DNA of 64,000 nt, taken from the human T2T-CHM13v2.0 reference genome, Homo sapiens. The stretch lies in NCBI RefSeq assembly GCF_009914755.1, contig NC_060931.1; one strand, given 5' to 3'. The notes under the pieces are model-generated. The model was given only the letters and a program-made list of their open reading frames with translations, did not search any database and had not been told where the DNA came from. The position numbers were made by a program, and so were the translations under genes. The number at the start of each line of letters is the position of its first letter. Position 1 is the stretch's first letter. Positions 1 through 15,292 of this stretch are shown here, one piece after another.

Positions 1-575
1 AAGAATTTTTCATCAGCAGACCTATATGGTATAAGAGACACTGAAAGAGTTCTTTGGGCTAAAGAAAATGACATCAGATAAAAATTTAGAGCTACGTGAA
101 GTTATGATGTCACCAAAATTGGTAAATATGTGAGCAAATGTAAGAGGCTGTTTACCCCTTCTCTTTAATTCTGAACTAAAAAATTATGACCATTTATAAT
201 ATATATGTAATTAAAATATATGATCCAATAGCACGAAAATTTAGGTGCTACAAATAAAATCATATTACTTCAAAATTCTTACATTTTATATAAATGATAC
301 AATATTCTAATTAGTTATAACTTGAAGATAGATATTGTATGTCCTATAGCAACTACCAAAAATAACATAAAAAGTATGAAAAAAGCTAATAAAGAAATTT
401 AATTATCAAAAGATATTCAATTAACTCAACATAAATCAGAAAAAGAGAACCAAAATTGAGATATAAATAGAAGAAAAATTGCAAAATAATAAACCTAAAT
501 CTAACCATATTAATAATTATGTGAAATTTCAATAGACTAAACACTTTAATTAAAAGGCAAAGATTATTAGAGTAG
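1..575 (+). mobile_element. Old L1M fragment: ORF1 3' end, inter-ORF spacer and start of ORF2 endonuclease
   Basis: catcagcagacc...aaagagttctttgggctaaagaaaatgac resembles the L1M ORF1 end; aatagactaaacactttaattaaaaggcaaagatta resembles the ORF2 N-terminus (NGLN.PIKRQRL). Confidence 0.7.
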
Positions 576-577
576 AC

Positions 578-738
578 CAGAGGTTGACAAATTATGGCCC
601 ATGGGCTAGCTACCTGTTTTGGTAAATAAAATTTTATGGAATACTATTATTCACATTCACTAACACATTGTTTATGGTTGCTTTTGTGCTCTGATGATAG
701 AATCGAGTATTTGGAACATATGATTCCCAAAGCCTGAA
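578..738 (+). mobile_element. MER58A (hAT-Charlie), 3'-truncated
   Basis: cagaggttgacaaattatggcccatggg...cctgttttggtaaataaaattttatgga...tatggttgcttttgtgct...caaagcctgaa matches the remembered MER58A consensus. Confidence 0.8.
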
Positions 739-900
739 GGGAGCATAAGATGATTTTCTGAGATGATGGAAATAGTATGTATTTTAATCGGGTTGATTGT
801 TGTAACAGTGTATTCACACATCAACTCTGAGTTTTGACTCAGAGTTAAAATTAAAATCTATACATTTTTGTTTATATAAATTTTTATCAAAAATAAAAAA
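739..900 (+). mobile_element. L1MC/L1ME-type 3' terminal fragment
   Basis: ttttctgagatgatggaaatagtatgtattttaatcggg...tatataaatttttatcaaaaataaaaaa. Confidence 0.65.
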
Positions 901-1828
901 CGCAATAAAAATCACTGGGAAAATTATTTATTCCTGAAATTCTAAATGCACAACATTTGGGAAAACTACTTTTAGCCATGCATTTTGTTTTTGGTTTTTT
1001 GAATCAGATAAAATGTTAATTCTTAGTTTGTGTATTGGTGTAAAGAAGATGATAAATTGTCCTTCAACAAATTACATCAATTATTGGTATTTTATTCTTT
1101 AGAAAAATGTTGCTGCTAATAGTTTTATTTGCTGACTTCCTGGTAATATAAGCCAAATGAATAGGGCTGGTATATGTCATTAATCTATTGGCCCTTTTCA
1201 TTGAGTCCATGTTTGGTTTTGTAGTTCAATATACATGAACTGTTAGGCTTCCAGAGAGCTTTCAGGATATACATTGGTTTCATTGCTAAGGAGGTATTTT
1301 ATCTTTGTCTCTGAATTTCTATAGTAGTTTTGGAAAATGTTATTTAAACGTTGTAAATTTGTGAGTAAATGGTAGAATGCTATGAACTATATAGGACTTA
1401 ATGATATCTATAATGAGTTACTAATAAGACTTGTTACAAAATTACAACAATGATGTACTATGAAAAACAGTAATTACAATTGTAATAAGAGTTGGGAAAT
1501 GATTTGAATTAAATCAATATGGAACATGTAAAATCTCCAAAAGTATTTGTGCATGAGAAAGACAAAGAACATATAGTTGGCTATCAATACTTAAGGTAAT
1601 TCATTACATTAAAGACTTCCCAAAAGGTAGAATTGGCAAAACTCTCAAAATAAATGGAAATGCTATGAAAGTGAGATTTACAAAACTCCTGGATTATGTA
1701 ACATTTTTATGCATAAAACTCACTATTTCTATGTAATTTAAACTATACTTCAGTGTTCTTTCAACCAGATCCAGCCTCTTTGGATAACTGGGGCATATGT
1801 ACAAAAGTGGGTATATGCCAAAATTTAC

Positions 1829-2160
1829 CTGCTTCCTTCAAGTTAACTTTGTGTTGCAGATCAAACTTTAGTTCTAGTTTTAAGTTAAACATTGAGAAAG
1901 AAGCACGGCTGACAGGTGGGGGGCATGTGGACCTGCTATGTTCCCTGCATAACTGGCTCAGTGTATACTTTTGCTGTTCTTCTTTATGATTACATGCAGC
2001 TCTATGCCATAAAAAGAAAGGCAACCCACTGTTTAAAATGCATTTAGGGGATATGAAGGTCACAATTGAAGTGTGAATTTATTTTAGTTGGTTTGAGTTT
2101 CAATTCTAAATGCTTTTACTTTACTGTGTAAAATCTCTCTTGCTGTTTTGAAAATTGCAC
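1829..2160 (-). pseudogene. Relic exon, MAGI PDZ5-like
   Basis: Acceptor cctttctctgttcag|G, donor GCAG|gtaaat; QQERFYTVK*...HFNCDLHI resembles MAGI1 QEQDFYTVEL...EYNMDLYV; contains most of track ORF 1761..2063. Confidence 0.55.
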
Positions 2161-2359
2161 CTGAACAGAGAAAGGTCTCATTTAATTCAATATTACTTTA
2201 CTTTTATATAGATTCTTTCTTTAAAATCATGTTCCAAAAGGCTGAGTTAAATAATATTGCTTCAAAGGGAAATTAAAAAGTATGGTTGGGGAGGAAAAAA
2301 GGCAATGTCTACCAAAATGGTGAAATACTAAGATAAATAATTTTAATATTATTATACAC

Positions 2360-3162
2360 ATAGCCAGGTCTTCAGATAAATCTACCATATTGTTGGCAAG
2401 TACAAGAAGAGCCATAGCTGAAGACCTCCCTGCAGTGTTGGTATAGATTTTATTTCCCCTTTTTTCTTCCCCAATTTTTCAGGTCCTTTCTCTTAGAGTG
2501 CCCGATTTACAAAATGAAAATACAAGATACCAACTTAAATTTGAATTTCAGGTAAACAGTGAATTTGTTTTAAATAAGTATGTTCTGAGCAATATTTAAA
2601 ACACACTAATATATGTCCTGTATTTTACTTGCATCCCTTTCTCACACTCAAACCCCCAGTGGGGAACTAAGTGGTGGTCTTTCTGATGATCAAGGGCTAG
2701 AAGAGAGACCAAAGTAAAATCTTGCGTAAGATCCTGGTCTTTAAATATAGCTCATGGTGTAATCACGATTTGGCAAAGGGGCAAATATATATACTGGAGG
2801 ATAATGATGGCTCTGGATTCTAGAACTTTTTCTACATGACAGATTCTCTAGAGAGAGGTTGCAATTATATGAAATATTGCCCAATATGTACATATTTGTC
2901 ATTAACTGCCAAAATCCATAGCTCCTTGGTACTAGCTTGACTCTCCTTGTATAAATATTTGCTCTCCTTCTGTAGACCCCAAACCACCAAATCCAACCAT
3001 GCGTTCTGGTCCGCAGAACCCCCAGTCACTATAAAACCCCATCTGTGTTGTTTTTTTCTTTCATGAAATACATTATCATCAACAATGTCTTTTTTCTGCA
3101 AATCTACTTTTTCAGATTTTTTGTGTTTTAAATAAGAAGTGTCTGGTTGCCAATACATTTCA
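2360..3162 (-). pseudogene. Relic exon with two PDZ-like domains (positionally PDZ3/PDZ4), the second interrupted by MER53
   Basis: Acceptor ttttttaactccag|T; track ORF 2865..3158 gives RKKQHRWGFIVTGG...LDLVVWGL...ILAVNDKYV, a PDZ-like pattern; downstream DFTLVSLL...LVPPLG...KRGNKIY...GRS resembles MAGI2 GFVIISSL...TVPHKIG...KVGDRIL..NGQS; lower boundary uncertain. Confidence 0.65.
2494..2638. mobile_element. MER53 (hAT MITE), internally deleted
   Basis: tagagtgcccgatttacaaaatgaaaatacaagataccaacttaaatttgaatttcaggtaaac...gtcctgtattttacttgcatccct; tttctc on both flanks. Confidence 0.8.
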
Positions 3163-3600
3163 CTGGAGTTAAAAAATATTACATCCCTTTAGCCACTCAT
3201 CAAACTAAAGTTGATAAGGTATCGTAGTTATTCAGACTGATGATACTTTTCTACTTTCATATGGGGTGATTAATTCAATAGAGAATGTACTTTTCTTAAC
3301 AAGTAGGCTTATCATGCAAGGCAGATTTATCCATCCTATTAGAGGATTAATAGTACTGTGAATATATCAGGAACTCAAAATGCAGAACTTTTTTCTAGAA
3401 TATTTTATCTACTCTTGATAAAACCTACTTAATTCTACTATATCCCGTACTATATTTACCTTACAACAGGATTTAATCTCTAAATGTATTAAAAATTTTT
3501 ACCTTTTGAATTTGTTTAACATCAAGAAGGATCAAAACAATATGTATGGTGATAATATTTACAAAACCTGATTATTTCCAAAAACCTAACGTCAGCTCAC

Positions 3601-4710
3601 AGATAGTTATGGAGAAGAGAAATGCTGAACCCCACCAAATACAGTTAATACAATCTGAAGCTTTATAATTAGGAATAAGAGAATGAATAAAAGTGTAATC
3701 ATCCTAAATATTGGTATCTGGCAAGCAAGCTTTTCAGAATTCATTAAGGAGTTTCAGGGATACTCCATAATAGGTTGTGAATAATAGGATTAATACAGCC
3801 ATGGGCAGTGTTAGGTCAGCTGGCAGTAGATCAATCCACAACACATAAAATATTAAAAGGGTTATAGATTAGCAATTAGATGGCTTCACAAACAAGGAAC
3901 AGTTCCTTGAGCATATCTAAAGGTTAACAGATGAAATGTCAGTTTTCTCAGTTTATGACCCAGTAGCATCTAAAGATGAGAGAAGAGATGGGACTTAGAC
4001 TGTGATTATGATTGACATAATCAAACCGAACCATCCTTTCAGTATCAACATCTGGATTTCAAAGGGAACAGATTTTAGTATTAGGTGAGGGAAACACTTG
4101 TGAAATACAATGAAGTAGTTTGAAGGACAAAGTTTGGGGTGTTAGAATTCTCAAGAGACATGTCATAGCCAGTGATTCAGATCTTATGTTCAGTATTTAG
4201 CTTCCAAGTATTTGTGAGATGCCCTGGGAGAGGTAAGTGAATTCTCCATTTCTGTGGATGAAAATCAGTGCTGTACATTATGACAACCATGTTCTATTGA
4301 AATTTCACTTGACACAAAGTTTATCAATATTATATAGCTATCTGAGTCTTGATTTTATTGTTTTCCACGAAGACATTGCCAAATGGTAGTATTATACTGC
4401 TTTTGATTATGCTTTGTATGAAGAAAGCATAGTATATAAGAACCTGCCCATATTTAAGATATGAGTTTTTGTAATTTACAACTTCATGACTAAGGAGTTT
4501 GCACCAAAGAGCTACTAAACTGTTTCCAGGGAAGAGTTTTTGAATGCCCTCATAAAATGATATAAAAATCAATGTGAAAACCTGGAAAATAAAGCTACTA
4601 AATCCCATTAAATCAGAGTATATAGACTGGACCTCATATTTCTGGCATGTTAACACCTTTGTTCTGACCCTCAGTTCCTCTGTAGTTTTTGACCTTCATG
4701 AATAGGCAAC
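3601..4710 (-). pseudogene. Relic exon(s), MAGI PDZ1-like, linker and PDZ2-like
   Basis: Acceptor tttattttccag|G at 4582, donor-like CT|gtgagc at 3600; LKYGQVLIY..CFLHTKH..LPFG resembles MAGI2 METGDVIVY..CVLGHTH..VPIG; LLTFRYAQG resembles LTIVKGAQG; DLLPADLTL resembles GLCEGDLIV; contains ORF 4330..4656. Confidence 0.5.
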
Positions 4711-5107
4711 GTGGCACAGAAAAGAGAAAAGTTTAGTATTTAAGAGCCATGTTTTACAATGGTCCTTTCTTCATGTATAAGTTTCTCCATGGCTTTCTGA
4801 GCTCTATTGATTTCAATTGGAATTGAGCTCACAAATTTCCATACACAGTCGACTCACATATTCATGGGTATACTCCCATATATAATTTACTACATCTAAT
4901 TGGTAAGGGAATGCAGATTATGGGTAAGGTAAGTCAGTACAACATAAAGTCTCACAGTCTTAGAGTTCAAGTTCTTTAAACCAGTTAAGAAACATCTGCT
5001 AAGTCAACCTTTGTCGCTTTGATGTACAATGCTGCCAACCCTTATGGTTGGCAATTGGTTGTCTGAAATTGTCTGAGAGTCATATGCTCAGTTTAAAAGA
5101 ATGTATT

Positions 5108-6137
5108 CCCACAACAAAAACAAAAAATTGACAATGGGATTGAACTGGAATAAAGAGCTTCTGCACAGCAAAAGAAACTATCAACAGAGTAAACAGACAA
5201 CCAACCAAATGGGAAAAAATAGTTGCAAACTATGCATCCAACAAAGGTCTAATATCCAGAATCTATAAGGAACTTGAATTTAAAAGCAAAAAATTATGCC
5301 ATTAAAAAGTGGCAAAGGACATGAACAGACACTTTTTAAAAAGAAGACATACATGTAGCCAACAAACTTATGAAAAAATGAATAACATCACTAATCAGAG
5401 AAATGCAAGTCAAAACCACCATGAGATACCATTTCACACAAGTCAGAATGGCTATTATTAAAAAGTCAAAAAATAATATGCTGGTGAGGTTGCAGAGAAA
5501 AGGGAACACATACATTGCTGGTGGCAATGTAAATTAGTTCAGCTACTGTGGAAAGCAGTTAGCGATTTCTTAAAGAACACAAAGCAGAATTATCATTCAA
5601 CTCAGAGCAATCCCATTATTGGGTACACACCCCCCAAAATCTAAATTGTTCTACCATAAAGACACATGCACTTCTGCGATCATCGCAGCACTGCTCACAA
5701 TAGCAAAGACATGGAATCAACCTAAATGCCCATTAAGAGTAGGCTTGATAAAAAAAAAAAAAAATGTACATATATGACATGGGATACTATGCAACCATAA
5801 CAAAGAATGAAATCATGTCCTTTGCGGAAACATGGAGGGAACTGAAGGCCTTTATCCTAAGTGAATAGGATAAATACAGGAACAAAAAATGAAATACCAC
5901 ATTTCTCACTTATAAGTGGAAGCTAAACATTGAGTACGTATGGACACAAAGAAGAGAACAGCAGACACTGGCGTCTACTTAAAGGTGGAGGGTGAAGATT
6001 TAAAAACCTGTTAGGTACTATGCTTATCACCTGAGTGATGAAACAATCTGTAAACTAAACCCTGTGACACGCAATTTACCTATATAACAAACGTGCATAT
6101 GTAACCCTGAACCTAACATAAAATTAAATTTTAAAAA
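5108..6137 (+). mobile_element. L1PA15/16-like 5'-truncated LINE-1 (ORF2 end and 3' UTR)
   Basis: gagcttctgcacagcaaaagaaactatcaacagagtaaacagac...gtactatgcttatcacctgagtgatgaaacaatctgta; TSD aaaag(a/g)atgtatt at 5095-5107 and 6134-6146. Confidence 0.9.
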
Positions 6138-6624
6138 GGATGTATTTTCAGACTTCTGTGGAACCTTGGTGTGACGATTTTTACCAAAATGTTTGGCTTT
6201 CCAAAAAGAAAAATTGACGGTGGGTTTGACTCAAGTTTAAAAATTCATTCTTACATACATTCTGTTAGAAATCTGCCAATCGGGGATTTTCTGACACTAT
6301 TTCTTTATGAACATTAATATAAGGCCTCAATAATGCTTAGAAATTATATATGTATATGTGTAGAGCAACCAATTAACATAATTATATTTCCTGGTTTTCA
6401 AAAAATGTTCAAAGTTACCATATAATCACTAATTTCCTTGCTTCTTATAAGTGATTGATTAGGAGTATTCCATATAGATATTTTGCATTATCTCTATAAA
6501 ATGTTCACTCTATAGACTATCAAATGCTCTCTGTATTGCTGTAAGTAAAGTAAGTATTTTTAAGTCCACAGAATGCTAATTCAAGAAATCCCAAAACAAT
6601 TTAAAATACTAATCCTTAAAATGC

Positions 6625-7259
6625 TTTTAGTCATGGTTCTCCAGAGACATAAAACCAACACAATACACAGAGAGAAATATAAAAAGGGATTTATTGGAAT
6701 TGGGTCATTTGATTATGGAGGCTGAGAAGTCCCAAGACAGAAGGACTAGAAACCAAGAAAGCTGATAACGTGACTCAGTCCAAGTCCAAAAACCTCAGAA
6801 CCAAGGAAGCCAATGGTATTATTCTCAGTCTGAGGCAAAGGCCCAGAGTCAGGGGGTGTGACCACGGGGCAGACTGCTGGTGTGAATCTTGGGGTCTGAC
6901 ATCCAGGGGTAAAAGAAGAAGGGTGTCCTGGCTCTGGGAGAGAGAGAAAATTCACCCTCCCTCAGCCTTTTTGTTCCATCTAGGCCCCCAGTGGATTGGA
7001 TGGGGCCTGCCCACATTATGGGCAGAACTTTCCCACTCAGTCCAATGACTCAACACACCAATCTCCTCTGGAAACAACCTCAAAGACACAACTGGGGCAG
7101 CCCAATCATTTTAATCAAAAGCAAACCCATCTGGGTTTCCCTTTCAGCAGAAGAGGACAGGCTCAGTGCCTACTGAAGCATAGAGAATAAATAATACTTT
7201 ACCAACTATCTGAGTGTCCGTTAATCCAGGAAAGTTGACACCGGAAAGCAAACATCACC
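6625..7259 (-). mobile_element. MLT2B-like ERVL solo LTR
   Basis: ggttctccagagac...gattatggaggctgagaagtccc...ttaatccaggaaagttgacac. Confidence 0.8.
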
Positions 7260-7345
7260 CAAGAGCAGACATTGAATTCACAGTAGTTTTCAGGTTTAAT
7301 TCAAGTACAGTTACACAGAACATACCTTGGTGGTTTTAAATACAT

Positions 7346-10658
<3,313 letters not shown>

Positions 10659-11079
10659 TCATTTATTTTTCTGTTTATATCTTCTAATTTATAAATGACA
10701 TACAACTTAATTTTATCTTATTGTATTTATCATATCTTGAGACATTAAGTTTACATTTTACTTATTAGAATTGGTGCACTTAAAATGTTAATTTCCCTTG
10801 TCATTTAGAATATATATTTAAAATTTTATTATATTTCTGTGTGATTTTATATTTTATTCAGTTTTATTTAAAACTATTTTTTAGTTAAGGCAGTCTTTAA
10901 AATACCAATAGTTGTTCTTTTGTTCCTATTCTAAAATTAATGTCTGGTTTTATTGTACTACAGTGGGACAATATAGAATACATAATTATATTAATTCGAT
11001 TTTTAAGATTTTCTTTAATAGGGTGGTAAGTTTTTAACAATAAGAGGTTAATTATTTTTGGCTTTCATATATAACGTAT

Positions 11080-11470
11080 CAGTTTTATTATCAGCTTAGA
11101 AATGCTGTAAAGGTAGTTCTCACCCTAAGTCAGTGAGCATATTACAAAAGAAATTCCATGGAAGTGATTTACAATTCATCAAAATTTCCACTTATCTAAT
11201 ATGACTGGCATGTCAGAAAATGTTTCTCAGAGGAGAAGCTTCATAATTAAGTTGTATATGATGAACTGATATAGTCAGTACCAGAAGCAGGGAATGTGTA
11301 AGCCTGGCAGTAAGAGAGCACGTTAAAAACCACCTAGGATAGAGTGCACCTAAGAGAGAAAAGGTCTAGTATGATTCCAGGTTTCTGAGTTGAATGACTG
11401 AGTAACTGGTGCTGCTTCTTATCAAGGTGCAAATACAGAGATTGTGAGAAGGAAGATATCAAGTTTGGTA
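11080..11470 (-). mobile_element. L2 fragments
   Basis: atgattccaggtttctgagttgaatgactgagtaactggtgctgc...aagtttgg; highly diverged. Confidence 0.5.
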
Positions 11471-11494
11471 TCAGCCGTATAACCATGCAGTCAT

Positions 11495-11710
11495 ACCATT
11501 ATTTACACATTTCAAAGCAATTTCAATGTAACATCCCATTTTGTACTTACAACAAAATAGTGAATGAAATAAGGCAGCTAACATTTCCATTTTATGAATG
11601 AAGAAATTAAGTGACTTGCTGAAGGTCACAAAGCAACTCAAGAATGGACTCAGAAATCAAATTCTGGTTTCGATTTATGAATTTCAGGGTTTTTTTCTGC
11701 TATTGTACTA
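11495..11710 (-). mobile_element. MIR
   Basis: ccattttatgaatgaagaaattaagtgacttgctgaaggtcaca. Confidence 0.75.
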
Positions 11711-12640
11711 GAAATCCATATTGTAACTATTAGCATCCCCTGTACATATTGATTGTATAAATTATTTTGAAATGAAGCAGATGCTCATTCGTCACCTGCT
11801 ACATATATTCATCTCTCTCTCTCTCTGTAAAAACATTGACTTCCTGACAATATTAATGACATAACTTCTTTTAATACATTTTTAATGTACTAAAAATTCC
11901 TCATTTTCAACTTTAGGAGAGACTAAACATGATAGCAAGAAAAAAGTAAAGTTTTTACATCATGACACTAGTTCTGGAGAAAAATTATTTCTAAAGGCAA
12001 TAATTTACTTGAGCTGGTGAAATGAAAACCATTCCTTTCATTACAAATAGCTTAAATCTGTAGTCTCATAACTACCCCCTAGCCATGAACTTCAAAGCTC
12101 TGCCACAGCAGTCCTGGAACAGGTTTCTTATTTTTTCATTTGAACTTCTTAATCAATCTTCTTCACTACCTACTATTCACGCTTTGGAAGCCGAAGAAAA
12201 TAGAAATCTGAGTTTTAGCTGAATCAGATATAAACAAAAGCTAGGAACCAAAGTGAAATCTGCCATTCAGTTCAGGTCTATTTTAACTCTGGAAAACCCT
12301 CTGAGCTCTCTCTTCTTTATAACGAACCAAATTGAATCAGTCACCTGCACATGCTAAGAAGTTTGTACTGTAAAAAATTGATTTGTGAAATACAGCAGCA
12401 ACTTAATAAGAAACACAAGAAAATAGGTAGTGGAGCAACAAACTGGATGGATGCATTAACTTCATTCTACTTAGTTCATGTATGTATGGTTTAAAGAAAA
12501 TACACACTTGAGATAGAGCCTAACTTCTTGCAGTGGTTTGTGTTCATTTGACTTACTTCCATGAGGAGTAATGCATAGGATCTAGGATTGCAAAGAGGGA
12601 AGAAAGTTGCATGGGGTGAAATCAGTTACTAACTTGAGAT

Positions 12641-13215
12641 GTGAGACAGAGCACATTTTTCAAAACTGGCTACAGCAATACTGCTTGTCTTTCATATTCT
12701 TCCAGATGCTTGTCAAACCCCATCAAGAGTTGGAGACAATGTTTCTTCTCCTTAAACCTGGGTGGGGGTTTGTGAGTGCCTTTATGAATACAGTGATGGG
12801 GAAGTACATTTTAAGGCTACATCACAAAAAGAGAATTGAGTCTCCACATAGCTTCCTCTCTCTTGGGAAATTCATCTGGGGAGCTCTAAGATCAGATGTA
12901 ACCAGTGGGGATTCCTGAGCTAGACAGACTACAATTAGAGGCCACATAAGAAAAAAGGAGAGATTCCGGAAGACCTCCAGCTGTTAAAGCCCTTAGCTGT
13001 TTGAGTCTTCGCAGCATCAGCTGCCAGACATGTGAGTGAACAAGTCTTAAGATGATTCCACTGGAGCCTTCAAGCTGTCCCAGCTGATACTGAGTGGAAC
13101 CTACAAGCTGCCTCTAAGCCTTGATCAAATTGCAGATTTGCAAGGAGACTGAATGTTGTCACTGTTTTAAGCCACTAAATTTTAAGTGATTAGTTACACA
13201 GCATTTGATACAATA
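12641..13215 (+). mobile_element. MLT1F/G/H-like MaLR LTR
   Basis: ccatcaagagttggag...cttaaacctggg...caaattgcagatttg...tgttttaagccactaaattttaagtgattagttacacagca. Confidence 0.75.
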
Positions 13216-13611
13216 AAAAAATTTATGTATATTTTAAATTGCATGCTATCAATAAATTCAGTCCTCCATTATTTAGGAAATAGTTTACACTTTATTTATA
13301 CACTTAAATCTTTGTCATATCTCTTCTGCCCATCTACTGGATGTTGCATCCCTAATAATGCTACACTGGAAATAAAATTAACATTAGATAATATGTTTGT
13401 CATTAGGATCTTTAAAAAGATAGTTCGGGAGAGAAAACGGGGAGAAAAATTTGCATAATTAGGACACTGTGATATATTCAGGAAGTATACAAAAATAGTA
13501 TTTCTCCTCAACAGCATTTTCAATGAGAATATATAGGGTAAAATTTTTTCACAGTGGCCATAAAATTAATATGGATTCCAGAAATAAACTTAGTTGACAT
13601 TTGTTATAGTG

Positions 13612-14838
13612 AAAACTTTTTGGATATAATACCAAAGACATGATCCATGAAAACAATAACTGATAAACTGAACTTTATTAAAATTAAAAAGCTTCTGCAC
13701 TGCAAAAGACACTGTCAAGAACCTGAGAAGACAAGCCACAGACTGGGAAAACATATTGGCAAAAGACACATCTGATTAGGGACTGTATCCAGAATACAGA
13801 AAAAACTCTTAAAAGTGAATAAACAAATGACCTTATCAAAAAATGGGCCAAATACCTGAAAAAATGTTTCACCAAAGAAGATATACAGTTGGAAAATAAG
13901 CATATAAAAAGATATTCCACATCTTATGTCACCATATGTTTTAATTTAATTCAAATTAAAATAATGAGATATCACTACATACCTATTAGAATGGCCAAAA
14001 GCTGGAACACTGACACACCCAGTGCTAGTAAGAATGTGGAGTAACAGGAACTCACATTCATTGCTGGGGGGAAGGCAAACTAGTGCAGCCACTTTTAAAG
14101 ACAGTTTAGACATTATGCAAATTAAACATACTTTTACTGCACAATCCAGGAATCACATTTTTGGCATTTACCCAAAAGAATTGAAAACTTCTGCCCACAC
14201 ACAAAAAACATGCACATGGATGTTTATAGCAATTATATATTCATAATTGCCCAAACTTGGAAGCAACCAAGATGTCTTTCAGTAGGTGAACGAATAAACT
14301 GTGTACATACAGACAGTGGAATATTATTCAGCAATGAAAAGAAATGAGCTATGAAGCCATGAAAAGATGTGGAAGACCCTTAAATGCATATTACTAAGTG
14401 GAAGAAGCCAGTTTGAAAAGCCTACATTACTGCATGAGTCCAATTATATGACATTCTGAGAAAGGCAAAACTATGGAGACAGTAAAAAGATTAATGTTTG
14501 CCGGGGGTTGGAGGTAAGGAGGAATTAATGGGTAGAGATTTTTTTGAGAGGAGTGAAGCTATTCTGTATCATACTACATTGGTGGATACCTGTCATTATA
14601 CATTCATCCATACCCACTGAAGGTACAACACCAAGAGTATACCCTAATCTAAATAATGAACTTTGGATGATTATGAAGTGACATTGTAAGTTTATCAACT
14701 TAATAAATGTACTCTTAGTGGGGGATGTTGATAAAGGGAAAAACTGCATGGACAGGGGCAGGGACTGTATGGGAAATCTCTGTACTTTCCTGTTACTTTT
14801 TCTGTGAAACTAAAACTAATAAAAATCATCTTAAAAAA
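13612..14838 (+). mobile_element. L1MC1-like 3' fragment
   Basis: ORF2 C-terminal homology plus 3' UTR ggatacctgtcattatacattcatcc...acaacaccaagagt...ggggatgttgataaaggg. Confidence 0.85.
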
Positions 14839-14938
14839 TATTGGCACACATGAGATTAGTAAAATATGGTAGGTATATCAATTTTGAAAGGGTAGGAGTG
14901 ATTAAAGACTATATTAGACTTTAATGTTAACTTTATAA

Positions 14939-15292
<354 letters not shown>

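Noticed and set aside
1724-1860. Pyruvate-kinase-like FGIYPLLY in an alternative minus frame
   Set aside because: Isolated short match in a frame with chance-level stop density
3740-3900. GPCR-like PFNIL...HGCINPIIH on the minus strand
   Set aside because: TM6-TM7 spacing is too short and no other GPCR motifs are in order; the PDZ2-like reading fits the context better
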